In this document: piece after piece, positions 9,435 to 17,387 of the stretch
How the letters are laid out: the number at the start of each line of letters is the position of its first letter
How positions within the stretch are numbered: the stretch's first letter is position 1
Origin: a virus
Reading direction: 5' to 3' (one strand)
Virus record (IMG/VR): IMGVR_UViG_3300027805_000061
Span: 1 to 29,170 of that record
Length of the DNA stretch: 29,170 bases
Translations under genes and position numbers: made by a program
Notes under the pieces: generated by a model
The model's input: the letters and a program-made list of their open reading frames with translations, nothing else
Database searches by the model: none
Told to the model about the DNA's origin: nothing

Positions 9435-10385
9435 ATGGCTACAACATTAGACATTACAACAACTTATGCAGGGGAATCAGCAGGTAAATATATCGGTGCT
9501 GCTTTGCTTTCTGCGAACACTATTGAAAACGGAGGGGTATCAGTTATGCCTAACGTTAAATTTCGCTCTACTATTAAGCGATTCGATTCTGAGGATTTGG
9601 TAAAAGATGCTTCTTGCGATTTTACCGCTTCAGGAGCTATTACTTTGACTGAACGTGTAATCGAACCGAAAGAACTAGATGTTAACGTTCTTTTGTGTAA
9701 GAAAGATTTCCGTTCTGATTGGAACGCTATCGAAATGGGATATTCTGCTTACGATGTGCTTCCTAAATCTTTTCAGGATTTCTTGTTGGCACGTATGCTA
9801 GGGCAAGTAGCAGAAGCTACTGAGAAATCTCTTTGGCATGGTGCTAACGCAAATAACGGAGAATTTACAGGTATCTTTACTGAAGCTATGGCTCAGGCAG
9901 GTACAGGAATTCCTGCAGGTCAAGTAGTAGCAGGTTCTGCGATTACTGCTGCTAACGTTATCGCTGAAATGGGCAAAGTAGTAGATGCTATTCCTGCACG
10001 TTTGTACGGAAAAGATGGATTGAAGCTTTATGTATCTCAGAATGTAGCTCGTGCTTATGTTCGTGCTTTGGGTGGATTCGCTGCAGCAGGAGTAGGAGGA
10101 GCAGGTACTAACGCTCAAGGAACACAATGGTACGGAATTGGAGCAGGACTTTCTTTCGATGGAGTTCCTGTATTCGTAGCAAACGGATTGAACAACAATG
10201 AGATGTTAGCTTCAACTACTGAGAACTTGTACTTCGGTACTGGACTTCTTTCAGATGCTCAGGAAGTAAAAATTATTGACATGGCTATGATTGATGGCTC
10301 TCAAAATGTACGTTTTGTTATGCGATATACTGCAGGTACTCAAATCGGAATTTTGGAAGATTGCGTAGTATACTTTATCGACTAA
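9435..10385 (+). CDS. Major capsid protein (HK97-fold type)
   Basis: 316 aa, following the protease and scaffold genes. Codon usage (cgt/ggt/ttg) suggests high expression, and a strong intrinsic terminator follows. Confidence 0.65.
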   Translation: MATTLDITTTYAGESAGKYIGAALLSANTIENGGVSVMPNVKFRSTIKRFDSEDLVKDASCDFTASGAITLTERVIEPKELDVNVLLCKKDFRSDWNAIEMGYSAYDVLPKSFQDFLLARMLGQVAEATEKSLWHGANANNGEFTGIFTEAMAQAGTGIPAGQVVAGSAITAANVIAEMGKVVDAIPARLYGKDGLKLYVSQNVARAYVRALGGFAAAGVGGAGTNAQGTQWYGIGAGLSFDGVPVFVANGLNNNEMLASTTENLYFGTGLLSDAQEVKIIDMAMIDGSQNVRFVMRYTAGTQIGILEDCVVYFID

Positions 10386-10405
10386 TTTAGACCACAAATA
10401 AAAGG

Positions 10406-10438
10406 GGAGTAGGTGTATTCCTATTCCCTATTTTTTTA
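10406..10438 (+). terminator. Intrinsic terminator after the capsid gene
   Basis: GGGAGTAGG-tgtatt-CCTATTCCC (9 bp including one G.U pair), then tattttttt. Confidence 0.8.
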
Positions 10439-10457
10439 ACTTAAAAAATATATAGCT

Positions 10458-11012
10458 ATGGCTTGTGATATTTCAAATGGTCGCTTAGAATCATGCAAAG
10501 ATTCAGTATCAGGATTAGATGCGATCTATTTTATTAACTATGGAATTAACTATCCTACTGATGTAACTTATTCTTCTACTCCTGGACTAGAGGATTTAAT
10601 AACGAATGTAAACGGAGTTACTGAACTTTACAAATATGAGTTGAAAGGTGCGAACTCTTTTGAACAAACTATTCAAACTTCTCGCGATAATGGTACTACT
10701 TTCTTTGAACAAGTAGTAGTAGCTCAGCTTAAGAAGCAGGATCCTATTACTCATAAGACTATCAAACTTTTGGCTTATGGTAGACCTCATATTGTAGTGC
10801 GTACACGTTCTCTTCAGTTCTTTATCGTAGGACTTGAAAGAGGAGCTGATATGACTGCAGGAACGATTTCTTCAGGAACTGCTTTAGGAGATTTTAACGG
10901 ATATAATATGACGTTTACTGCTATGGAAAATGTACCTGCTAATTTCCTAGATTGCGATAGTGAATCTACTCTATCTGATTTATTCGATGGAGCTACTATC
11001 GTAACTGATTAA
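10458..11012 (+). CDS. Putative major tail tube protein (184 aa)
   Basis: Monocistronic unit between two strong terminators, with high-expression codon usage. The C-terminal pattern GTALGDFNGYNMTF resembles siphovirus tube proteins by eye. Confidence 0.45.
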   Translation: MACDISNGRLESCKDSVSGLDAIYFINYGINYPTDVTYSSTPGLEDLITNVNGVTELYKYELKGANSFEQTIQTSRDNGTTFFEQVVVAQLKKQDPITHKTIKLLAYGRPHIVVRTRSLQFFIVGLERGADMTAGTISSGTALGDFNGYNMTFTAMENVPANFLDCDSESTLSDLFDGATIVTD

Positions 11013-11032
11013 GAACCTACCTTGCGTTTTAG

Positions 11033-11065
11033 AAGGAGTGGATTAAGTTCTGCTCCTTTTTTTTT
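11033..11065 (+). terminator. Intrinsic terminator
   Basis: AAGGAGTGG-attaagtt-CTGCTCCTT, followed by a T9 run. Confidence 0.8.
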
Positions 11066-11089
11066 GGAACAAACCTTTAGAAGGTAGTT
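11065..11089 (+). promoter_or_regulatory. Candidate late (ECF-type) promoter: TGGAACAA-N14-GTT
   Basis: GGAAC at 11066-11070, a 16-nt spacer, GTT at 11087-11089, and ATG 11098 9 nt further. Confidence 0.3.
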
Positions 11090-11097
11090 AAATAGAT

Positions 11098-11361
11098 ATG
11101 ATTATATTAACTCCTGATATTGGTTTAAAGATTCTTAGAGTTATTCCTAGAGCTGAATATATGACTTATTTAACTCTTCAGGATGATTCTAATAAGACTA
11201 TTCAAACTTTTACTATAGATAACATACTTTTTGCAGAATGGTATTATATCGTAGAATTTACTACTGAGGATTTACTTCTAGAGAATAGATACTATAACTT
11301 AGTTATTTATGGCTATGAAGGAGTAGAATCTTATAGAGATCGAATCTTTGTAACTTCTTAA
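11098..11361 (+). CDS. Hypothetical protein (87 aa)
   Basis: ORF with genome-typical codon usage. Confidence 0.55.
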   Translation: MIILTPDIGLKILRVIPRAEYMTYLTLQDDSNKTIQTFTIDNILFAEWYYIVEFTTEDLLLENRYYNLVIYGYEGVESYRDRIFVTS

Positions 11362-11395
11362 ACGAACCTACAGGAATTCTCTCCTAATATCATAG

Positions 11396-13213
11396 ATGGA
11401 GCGAATAGATATAAATCAAATAATAGTAATAACGACTTCCTTACTTATGGAGAATAAAATAAATAATATACGTTCAGTAGAACTTAGTGCTTATGAAACT
11501 CCTGTAGTAATGGAGAGTAATCGTCAAGACTGGGTAACGTATGGAGAAAATGATTCTTATTATCAATATTTGATAGATAGATATACTTACTCTCCTTCGA
11601 ATAATGCGATAATTAACAATATCTCTAAGCTGATCTATGGAAGAGGATTAAGAGCTTTAGATGCTTCAGCAAAACCGAATGATTACGCAAATATGATAAC
11701 TCTCTTTCCTAAAGATGAAACGAAAAGAGAAATCGTAGATGCTAAAATGCTAGGGCAGTTCGCTATTCAAGTAATTTATTCAAAGGATCGTAAAACTATT
11801 GCTAAAACTTCTCATATACCTGTACATTTAATTAGACCTGAAAAGTGTAATAAAGAAGGAAAGATAGAAGCTTATTACTATTCTGATAATTGGCAGGATA
11901 CTAAGAAATTTCCTCCTAAGCGAATTCCTGCTTTCGGTACTTCTAGCGAACCTTTAGAGATTCTTATGGTACAACCTTACTCAGTAGGTATGAAGTACTT
12001 CTCTCTAGTAGATTATCAAGGAGCTTTACCTTATTGCGTACTAGAAGAAGAAATAGCAGATTATTTGATAAATGAAGTTCAAAATGGATTCTCAGGTACT
12101 AAAGTAATTAACTTTAATAATGGAATTCCTTCAGAGGAGCAGATGGATGAAACGGAAGCTAAAGTAACTTCTAAGCTTACAGGAAGCAAAGGAAAGAGAG
12201 TAATTATCTCTTTTAATCATAGCGATGCTCAAAAAACTACTATAGATGATATTCCTTTGAATGATGCTCCTCAGCACTACGAATATCTATCGGAGGAATG
12301 TATGCGTAAAATTATGCTAGGACATAATGTAACTTCTCCTCTATTATTTGGTATTAGTTCTAGTAACGGATTCTCTTCGAATGCAGATGAATTAAAGAAC
12401 TCATTTGTACTTTATTACAATATGGTAATTAGACCTTATCAGGATTTAATTATCGAAGCTTACGATAAGATTCTAGCATATAACGGAATCAAGTTAAAAC
12501 TCTATTTTGAAACTCTTAAACCTTTGGAATTTCAGGATGCATCAGGTAAAGTAGAAGAAACTCAGTTAAGCTCTCAGAATGATTTACAATTAATCCTAGA
12601 TGAAGTAGATAGAAATCAATTATCTGAAGAATGGGTACTAGTAGATGAAAGAGAAGTAGGAGAGAATGAAGAAGATTTAGATAATACTCTTTTAGATGCT
12701 GAATCCTCTATAGAACCTAAAACAGGCTTTTTAAGCAAGTTAATTAACCTAGTACAAACTGGAAATCCTTTACCTAAATTAAAGAGTTCTCAGGATAGAA
12801 AAGTAGGAGAATTAAAGTACTTTAAAGTTCGATATAAATACAACGGAAATAAAGATCCTGAAAGGCTATTTTGTAAAGCTATGATGGCAGTAAAAGGAAG
12901 GTTATTTCGAAAGGAAGATATAGATGCTATGAGTAAGAAAGCAGTTAATCCTGGTTTTGGAGAATTTGGAGCTAATACTTACGATATCTTTAAATTTAAA
13001 GGAGGACCTAGATGTCATCATAAATGGAGTAGAGTTACTTTTATGCTAGACTTAAATAAAATAGAAGAAGGATATCAGGAAATCGGAACTAGAAGAGCTG
13101 AGATAAAAGGCTATAAAGTAACGAATCCTTATGAAGTATCTTTTTATCCGAATCAGTTACCTTTAAAGGGGTTCTCTCCTAATAATCCTAATTTACCTTC
13201 AGACGTTCGATAA
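11396..13213 (+). CDS. Portal protein with a C-terminal extension (possibly a MuF/SPP1 gp7-like domain)
   Basis: 605 aa. The N-terminal region (DWVTYGENDSYYQYL...SPSNNAIINNISKLIYGRGL) is portal-like by eye. The C-terminus reads NPGFGEFGANTYDIFKFKGGPRCHHKW. The start could instead be ATG 11447. Confidence 0.55.
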   Translation: MERIDINQIIVITTSLLMENKINNIRSVELSAYETPVVMESNRQDWVTYGENDSYYQYLIDRYTYSPSNNAIINNISKLIYGRGLRALDASAKPNDYANMITLFPKDETKREIVDAKMLGQFAIQVIYSKDRKTIAKTSHIPVHLIRPEKCNKEGKIEAYYYSDNWQDTKKFPPKRIPAFGTSSEPLEILMVQPYSVGMKYFSLVDYQGALPYCVLEEEIADYLINEVQNGFSGTKVINFNNGIPSEEQMDETEAKVTSKLTGSKGKRVIISFNHSDAQKTTIDDIPLNDAPQHYEYLSEECMRKIMLGHNVTSPLLFGISSSNGFSSNADELKNSFVLYYNMVIRPYQDLIIEAYDKILAYNGIKLKLYFETLKPLEFQDASGKVEETQLSSQNDLQLILDEVDRNQLSEEWVLVDEREVGENEEDLDNTLLDAESSIEPKTGFLSKLINLVQTGNPLPKLKSSQDRKVGELKYFKVRYKYNGNKDPERLFCKAMMAVKGRLFRKEDIDAMSKKAVNPGFGEFGANTYDIFKFKGGPRCHHKWSRVTFMLDLNKIEEGYQEIGTRRAEIKGYKVTNPYEVSFYPNQLPLKGFSPNNPNLPSDVR

Positions 13214-13710
13214 TGGAAGCACTATTAATATCTAGAAACGACATAGTATCTTTGACTGCTTTAGGTGGTTCAGTAGATACTGATAAATTTATTCAGTTCG
13301 TAAAAATAGCTCAGGATATTCACGTTCAGAACTATCTAGGCACGAACCTACTTCAGAAGATTCAGGAAGATATCTTAAATGATGATTTAACTGATCCTTA
13401 TCTACATCTAGTAGTTACCTACATTAAACCTTTGCTTATACATTGGGCTATGGTAGAGTATATTCCTTTCGCATCTTACACTATAGCAAATAAGGGAGTT
13501 TATAAGCATAGCTCTGAAAATGCAGTAAACGTAGATAAAGTAGAAGTAGATTATCTAGTAGAGAAAGAACGTCAAATAGCACAAAACTATACACAAAGAT
13601 TCTTAGATCATATTTCTACTTTCGGATATCTTTATCCTGAGTACAATACGAATACTTCAGGAGATGTTTTTCCTGGATATAATAATTATCTAAACGGATG
13701 GTATTTATGA
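13213..13710 (+). CDS. Head-tail connector-like protein (gp6-like, tentative)
   Basis: 165 aa with TAATG coupling to the portal gene. Helical N-terminal pattern FIQFVKIAQDIHVQNYLG. Confidence 0.45.
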   Translation: MEALLISRNDIVSLTALGGSVDTDKFIQFVKIAQDIHVQNYLGTNLLQKIQEDILNDDLTDPYLHLVVTYIKPLLIHWAMVEYIPFASYTIANKGVYKHSSENAVNVDKVEVDYLVEKERQIAQNYTQRFLDHISTFGYLYPEYNTNTSGDVFPGYNNYLNGWYL

Positions 13711-13770
13711 GTTATAAGCCTAAGAAGGAGAATGTAAAGAAATTAGAAATCTATCTAAATAAAATCACTA

Positions 13771-14142
13771 ATGCAGAACAAAAGAATATCGGAGTTAACA
13801 AGTACAGGAAGCATACTAGCGAACGATCTACTAATAACAAGTGAATATAACGGAGTAAGCTATGATTCTAGAGCTATTACAGGATTCGATGCATCTCAGA
13901 GCTTAAGATTATTAGCTCCTGTTTTATGGACTATTGATTTAATGTCTAGTACTACTATAGATATCTATGCTCCTTATGCTCTAAGTATTGATTCAGTAGT
14001 GAATGTAAAGAACTCTCCTACTACTACTATTCTAAAGAATGGTTCTGCTTATACTCTAGGAACTTCTATAGCTATCGGAGATACTATTAATATCTCAGTA
14101 TCTACTGCTTCAGTAATTAACTTAAATATTACTCAGCTATGA
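13771..14142 (+). CDS. Tail fibre/spike N-terminal-like protein (123 aa)
   Basis: The N-terminus RISELTSTGSILANDLLI resembles the conserved fibre N-terminal motif. Confidence 0.45.
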   Translation: MQNKRISELTSTGSILANDLLITSEYNGVSYDSRAITGFDASQSLRLLAPVLWTIDLMSSTTIDIYAPYALSIDSVVNVKNSPTTTILKNGSAYTLGTSIAIGDTINISVSTASVINLNITQL

Positions 14143-14735
14143 GAGATTTATATATAAAATCAGCATCTAGTACTCCTGCTACTGCTCCTATAGGTATTCC
14201 ATTATTACAAACAGGTCAAACAAGCTCTTATCGTACAGGCGATGATATTACTAGAGGAAGATTAACTAACTTTACTACTTTAGCTTCAAATAATCCTTTC
14301 GGGAATACTAATAGATTTACTGATACTGCAGGAACTCAAACCTATGCAAATAATATAGTAATAGACTGGAGTACTTATGATAACTCTCAGGTACTTTGCT
14401 ACTATAAAGGAGATGCATCTACTTATCGAAACTGGAATACTTCTATAGATTTATATTTATCTTCTTCTATCGGAGGATTAACTACATGGTATTTATGGAA
14501 TGCTAGAGAAATGATTAACCTTCTAGACTTCAGTAAAAAGCCTTATAGAATGAATTACGCTCCTTTTAACTTTGGAAGTACTCAGAGATACTTTCATACT
14601 TCTACGGATTACGATGGAACAAATTCTTTTATAGTAGATTTAGGAGGAAAGCCATTAGAAACAGGATCTAAAACTTCAGCATATTTAACTATTTACGTTC
14701 GTGTATGCAACGTAACAGGAACTACTTTATCTTAA
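14139..14735 (+). CDS. Putative receptor-binding/fibre protein, tentatively with a DUF1566-like C-terminal domain
   Basis: 198 aa with ATGA coupling. The TTWYLWNAREMINLL motif resembles the W-LP-EL-L core of DUF1566. Confidence 0.4.
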   Translation: MRDLYIKSASSTPATAPIGIPLLQTGQTSSYRTGDDITRGRLTNFTTLASNNPFGNTNRFTDTAGTQTYANNIVIDWSTYDNSQVLCYYKGDASTYRNWNTSIDLYLSSSIGGLTTWYLWNAREMINLLDFSKKPYRMNYAPFNFGSTQRYFHTSTDYDGTNSFIVDLGGKPLETGSKTSAYLTIYVRVCNVTGTTLS

Positions 14736-14739
14736 AATT

Positions 14740-14967
14740 ATGACTTATAAATTCGATCAATTTAATGTAGAAATAGTAAATCCTAGAGTAGAAGTAATTA
14801 CTATTCTAGATACTATAGCTTCTAAAACTTGTGAAGTACTAGTTAACTTAGTAACTGATAGTACTAGCTTTGCAGTAACTCTTTCAGGATTCACTTATGT
14901 AGCTGATTGGAACGATGAAGAAGTAGAAGCATGGACTTTATTAGAGCTAGAAAAGTACGCAGTATGA
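14740..14967 (+). CDS. Hypothetical protein (75 aa)
   Basis: ORF whose stop overlaps holin ATG 14964 (ATGA). Confidence 0.55.
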   Translation: MTYKFDQFNVEIVNPRVEVITILDTIASKTCEVLVNLVTDSTSFAVTLSGFTYVADWNDEEVEAWTLLELEKYAV

Positions 14968-15389
14968 AAAGTTACTTAACTGCTTTAGTTCTTTCAGTAG
15001 CTACTATGATAGCTCCTATTACTCCTTTGATTTTAATTACTTTTGTAGCTATTATACTAGATTTATATTTCGGCTTATGGAAGGTAGTAAGCCTATCAGG
15101 ATGGAAAGCTATTAAATCTCGTAGAATGTCTGATACGATTACTAAAACTCTTCTTTATGTAGGAGCTATAGTAATGATATTTCTAGCTGAGAAATTTATC
15201 TTAGTAGACATCTCAAAGAACTATACAAATATCGAATTCTTACTTACTAAAGGATTTACTCTATTCTGCTTAATTACTGAAGCAAAGAGTATAAATGAAT
15301 CCTATCATGCAGTAACAGGAAAGAACCTATGGAAGAATTTAATTATATTCGTTCAGAGAGCTAGAGAAGAGAAAGATAAATCGAAATAA
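14964..15389 (+). CDS. Holin (141 aa from ATG 14964, with an upstream in-frame ATG at 14931)
   Basis: Multiple hydrophobic helices (LTALVLSVATMIAPITPLILITFVAIILDLYFGLW...). Lies immediately upstream of the endolysin gene. Confidence 0.6.
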   Translation: MKSYLTALVLSVATMIAPITPLILITFVAIILDLYFGLWKVVSLSGWKAIKSRRMSDTITKTLLYVGAIVMIFLAEKFILVDISKNYTNIEFLLTKGFTLFCLITEAKSINESYHAVTGKNLWKNLIIFVQRAREEKDKSK

Positions 15390-15390
15390 T

Positions 15391-15858
15391 ATGTTAACTA
15401 CAAAAGAAACTATTAAAGCTTACGGAACTCCTACTATTACTGGAGCTGATTATCTAGTAACTCTTAATCTTCCTTATCCTATGAGATTAGCTTGGGATTT
15501 AGAAACTAAGGTAAATAGAATGCGATGCCATAAATTAGTAAAGGAGAACTTTCGTAAAGTATTCGAAGATTTACTCGCTTACTACGGATATGAGAAAATC
15601 GTAGAACTAGGAATAGACTTATTTGGTGGATGCTTTACATTTCGTAAAATGAGAGGAGGAACTGAGTTCTCAAAACATAGTTGGGGCATAGCTATAGATT
15701 TAGATCCTGTAAGAAATCAGTTACATGAGACTTCTAAAACTGCTAGGTTCGCTAGACCTGAATATCAACCTATGATAGATATATTCTATAAACATGGCTT
15801 TATAGGACTAGGAATAGAAAAGAATTACGATTGGATGCACTTCGAAATTGCTAAATGA
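15391..15858 (+). CDS. Endolysin, peptidase M15 (VanY/D-Ala-D-Ala carboxypeptidase-like)
   Basis: Zinc-ligand motifs HSWGIAIDLD (H-x6-D) and DWMHFE. Confidence 0.75.
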   Translation: MLTTKETIKAYGTPTITGADYLVTLNLPYPMRLAWDLETKVNRMRCHKLVKENFRKVFEDLLAYYGYEKIVELGIDLFGGCFTFRKMRGGTEFSKHSWGIAIDLDPVRNQLHETSKTARFARPEYQPMIDIFYKHGFIGLGIEKNYDWMHFEIAK

Positions 15859-16187
15859 GTAGGTTTTTATTCGTTCTAAGAGCTTTTATTACGTTCTATG
15901 TAGGTTTACCTATAGAAGATATATTTAATGCCTTAAAAGAAAGATATATGAAAAGAAAGAAAAAAGATTTAGATATCAATATTGATACTAAGAATGTAGA
16001 TGTTAAAATAGTACGCAAAGATGAAGTACTAGATGCTGAACTAGATACTAAAAATGTAGATATTAAGATTCGCAAAGAGAAGGGAAAGAAAGCAGAACTA
16101 GATGTAGATATTACTCCTGAATTTGGAGAGAAGATTATTCAGGCTATCGGAGTAGCTATCCGTAAGATTATTAAGAATAGAGGATAG
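15855..16187 (+). CDS. Spanin-like / lysis accessory protein with an N-terminal TM helix and charged repeats
   Basis: N-terminal FLFVLRAFITFYVGL, then repeated DTKNVD-x-KI units. ATGA coupling to the endolysin gene. Confidence 0.4.
   Translation: MSRFLFVLRAFITFYVGLPIEDIFNALKERYMKRKKKDLDINIDTKNVDVKIVRKDEVLDAELDTKNVDIKIRKEKGKKAELDVDITPEFGEKIIQAIGVAIRKIIKNRG
15984..16079 (+). repeat. Two imperfect direct repeats of about 36 nt at a 60-nt period, inside the CDS
   Basis: gatactaagaatgtagatgttaaaat...cgcaaaga compared with gatactaaaaatgtagatattaagat.cgcaaaga. Confidence 0.7.
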
Positions 16188-17179
16188 TGAGTAACTATCG
16201 TAGAGATATAGTACTAGAAGCTCTAGAAAAGTTCTCTGATTGTACTACAAATAACATAGCTAAAATGCTATGTAAAGAGCATCCTTTAGATTTTACTACT
16301 TATAATTCTGCTAGAGGGCAGGTCAGATATTATAGAGGAGAGATTAAAGAAAGAAATCCTAGTGTAACTATGTCGAAAAGAACTGAATCAGAAAAGCGAT
16401 CAGCTCAGGGATGGAATAAAGTTCCTGAATCAGATTACAAAGAACAGAAACCTTTTAAGATACCTAAAGGAAATAATAGAGTACTTATCCTTTCAGATAT
16501 ACACCTTCCTTATCACGATGAAGAAGCTCTTTCTATTGCTTTAGACTGGGGATATCAGAAAAAACCGAATGCTATTATTCTGAACGGAGATACTATGGAT
16601 ATGTATCAGGCTAGTAGGTTCGTAAAAGATAGACGTTTAAGAGATTTGAACGGAGAGATAGAAATGACTAGAGCTTTTCTTAAGCAGTTAAAAGATGAGT
16701 TCGATTGTCCTATATACTTTAAGATAGGGAATCATGAGGATAGATGGGAAAACTATCTTAAGACTTCAGCTCCTGAGCTTTTAGGAATAGCTGATTTCGA
16801 ACTTAAGAATGTATTAAGATTCGGAGAACTAGGAGTAACTGAGATTAAATCTAAGCAAGTTATTAAAATAGGAAAGCTTTCTCTTTTACATGGTCATGAG
16901 ATGCATACTATATTCTCTCCTGTAAACTCTGCTAGAGGATTATATATGAGAGCTAAAGTATCTTCTATGGCTGGGCATAATCATCAGACTAGTGAACATA
17001 GTGAAAATGATCTAAACGGAAATGTAGTAACTTGCTGGAGTATCGGAGCTTTATGTGGATTAAGACCTGATTATATGCCTGTAAATAGGTGGAATCATGG
17101 ATTCGCTTATGTAGAAACTGAATCAAACGGAGATTTCGTAGTTCAGAACTTACGCATAATCGAAGGTAAAGTAAGGTAG
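16187..17179 (+). CDS. Calcineurin-like metallophosphoesterase with an N-terminal extension of about 95 aa
   Basis: Motifs DIH, GDTMD, GNHED, HGH and GHNH occur in canonical order. GTG start overlaps the upstream TAG. Confidence 0.7.
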   Translation: MSNYRRDIVLEALEKFSDCTTNNIAKMLCKEHPLDFTTYNSARGQVRYYRGEIKERNPSVTMSKRTESEKRSAQGWNKVPESDYKEQKPFKIPKGNNRVLILSDIHLPYHDEEALSIALDWGYQKKPNAIILNGDTMDMYQASRFVKDRRLRDLNGEIEMTRAFLKQLKDEFDCPIYFKIGNHEDRWENYLKTSAPELLGIADFELKNVLRFGELGVTEIKSKQVIKIGKLSLLHGHEMHTIFSPVNSARGLYMRAKVSSMAGHNHQTSEHSENDLNGNVVTCWSIGALCGLRPDYMPVNRWNHGFAYVETESNGDFVVQNLRIIEGKVR

Positions 17180-17187
17180 TTACCTTA
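17172..17187. promoter_or_regulatory. Perfect inverted repeat TAAGGTA-gt-TACCTTA (operator-like)
   Basis: Read directly from the sequence. It shares 10-mers with intergenic sites at 11081-11090 and 28801-28810. Confidence 0.3.
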
Positions 17188-17356
17188 ATTTTATTACAAA
17201 ATCTTCATATTATAACCTTACTTTTAATACAAAGTAGGATAATCCGTAAAAGTTCAATTCTTCCTGAAAGTCTTATAAACACTAGGTTTTAGAATGTACC
17301 GAAAAAATAATTAAACTTTTTTTGTTAAAAAGTGTACAACGTATTACTATAGTGTT

Positions 17357-17371
17357 TATATTTGTGTATAA
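17357..17371 (+). promoter_or_regulatory. Early promoter: -7 box TATATTTG plus conserved GTGTATAA (DnaA-box-like TGTGTATAA at 17363-17371)
   Basis: Matches the Bacteroidetes TAnnTTTG consensus. 23 nt separate the box from ATG 17388, the same spacing as at 21908 and 23185. Confidence 0.6.
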
Positions 17372-17387
17372 CAAAAAACAAAAAGAC

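Noticed and set aside
7033-11090. TTTAGAAGG (7033, 11027, 11076) as a Shine-Dalgarno-type ribosome binding site.
   Set aside because: Its distance to the start codons is inconsistent (1 to 13 nt, and one copy lies inside a terminator stem). The rest of the genome shows no SD usage. I kept it only as part of the AAGGTA motif observation.
13707-13844. A 45-aa ORF starting on the stop of 13213-13710 (ATGA).
   Set aside because: It overlaps the better-supported fibre-like gene start at 13771 in another frame and is lysine-rich and low-complexity. It is probably not coding.
15984-16079. The 60-nt-period direct repeats as a regulatory iteron array.
   Set aside because: They are in frame inside a CDS and translate to a repeated DTKNVD-x-KI peptide unit, so they are most simply a protein-level repeat.
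17322-17387. The ORF-track N-terminal extensions at 17322, 18927 and 8801 (non-ATG or upstream starts).
   Set aside because: The 17322 extension runs across the promoter -7 box. The 18927 and 8801 extensions overlap the preceding genes and have hydrophobic, nonsense-like translations. The internal ATGs (17388, 19008, 8825) give coupled or promoter-consistent starts.
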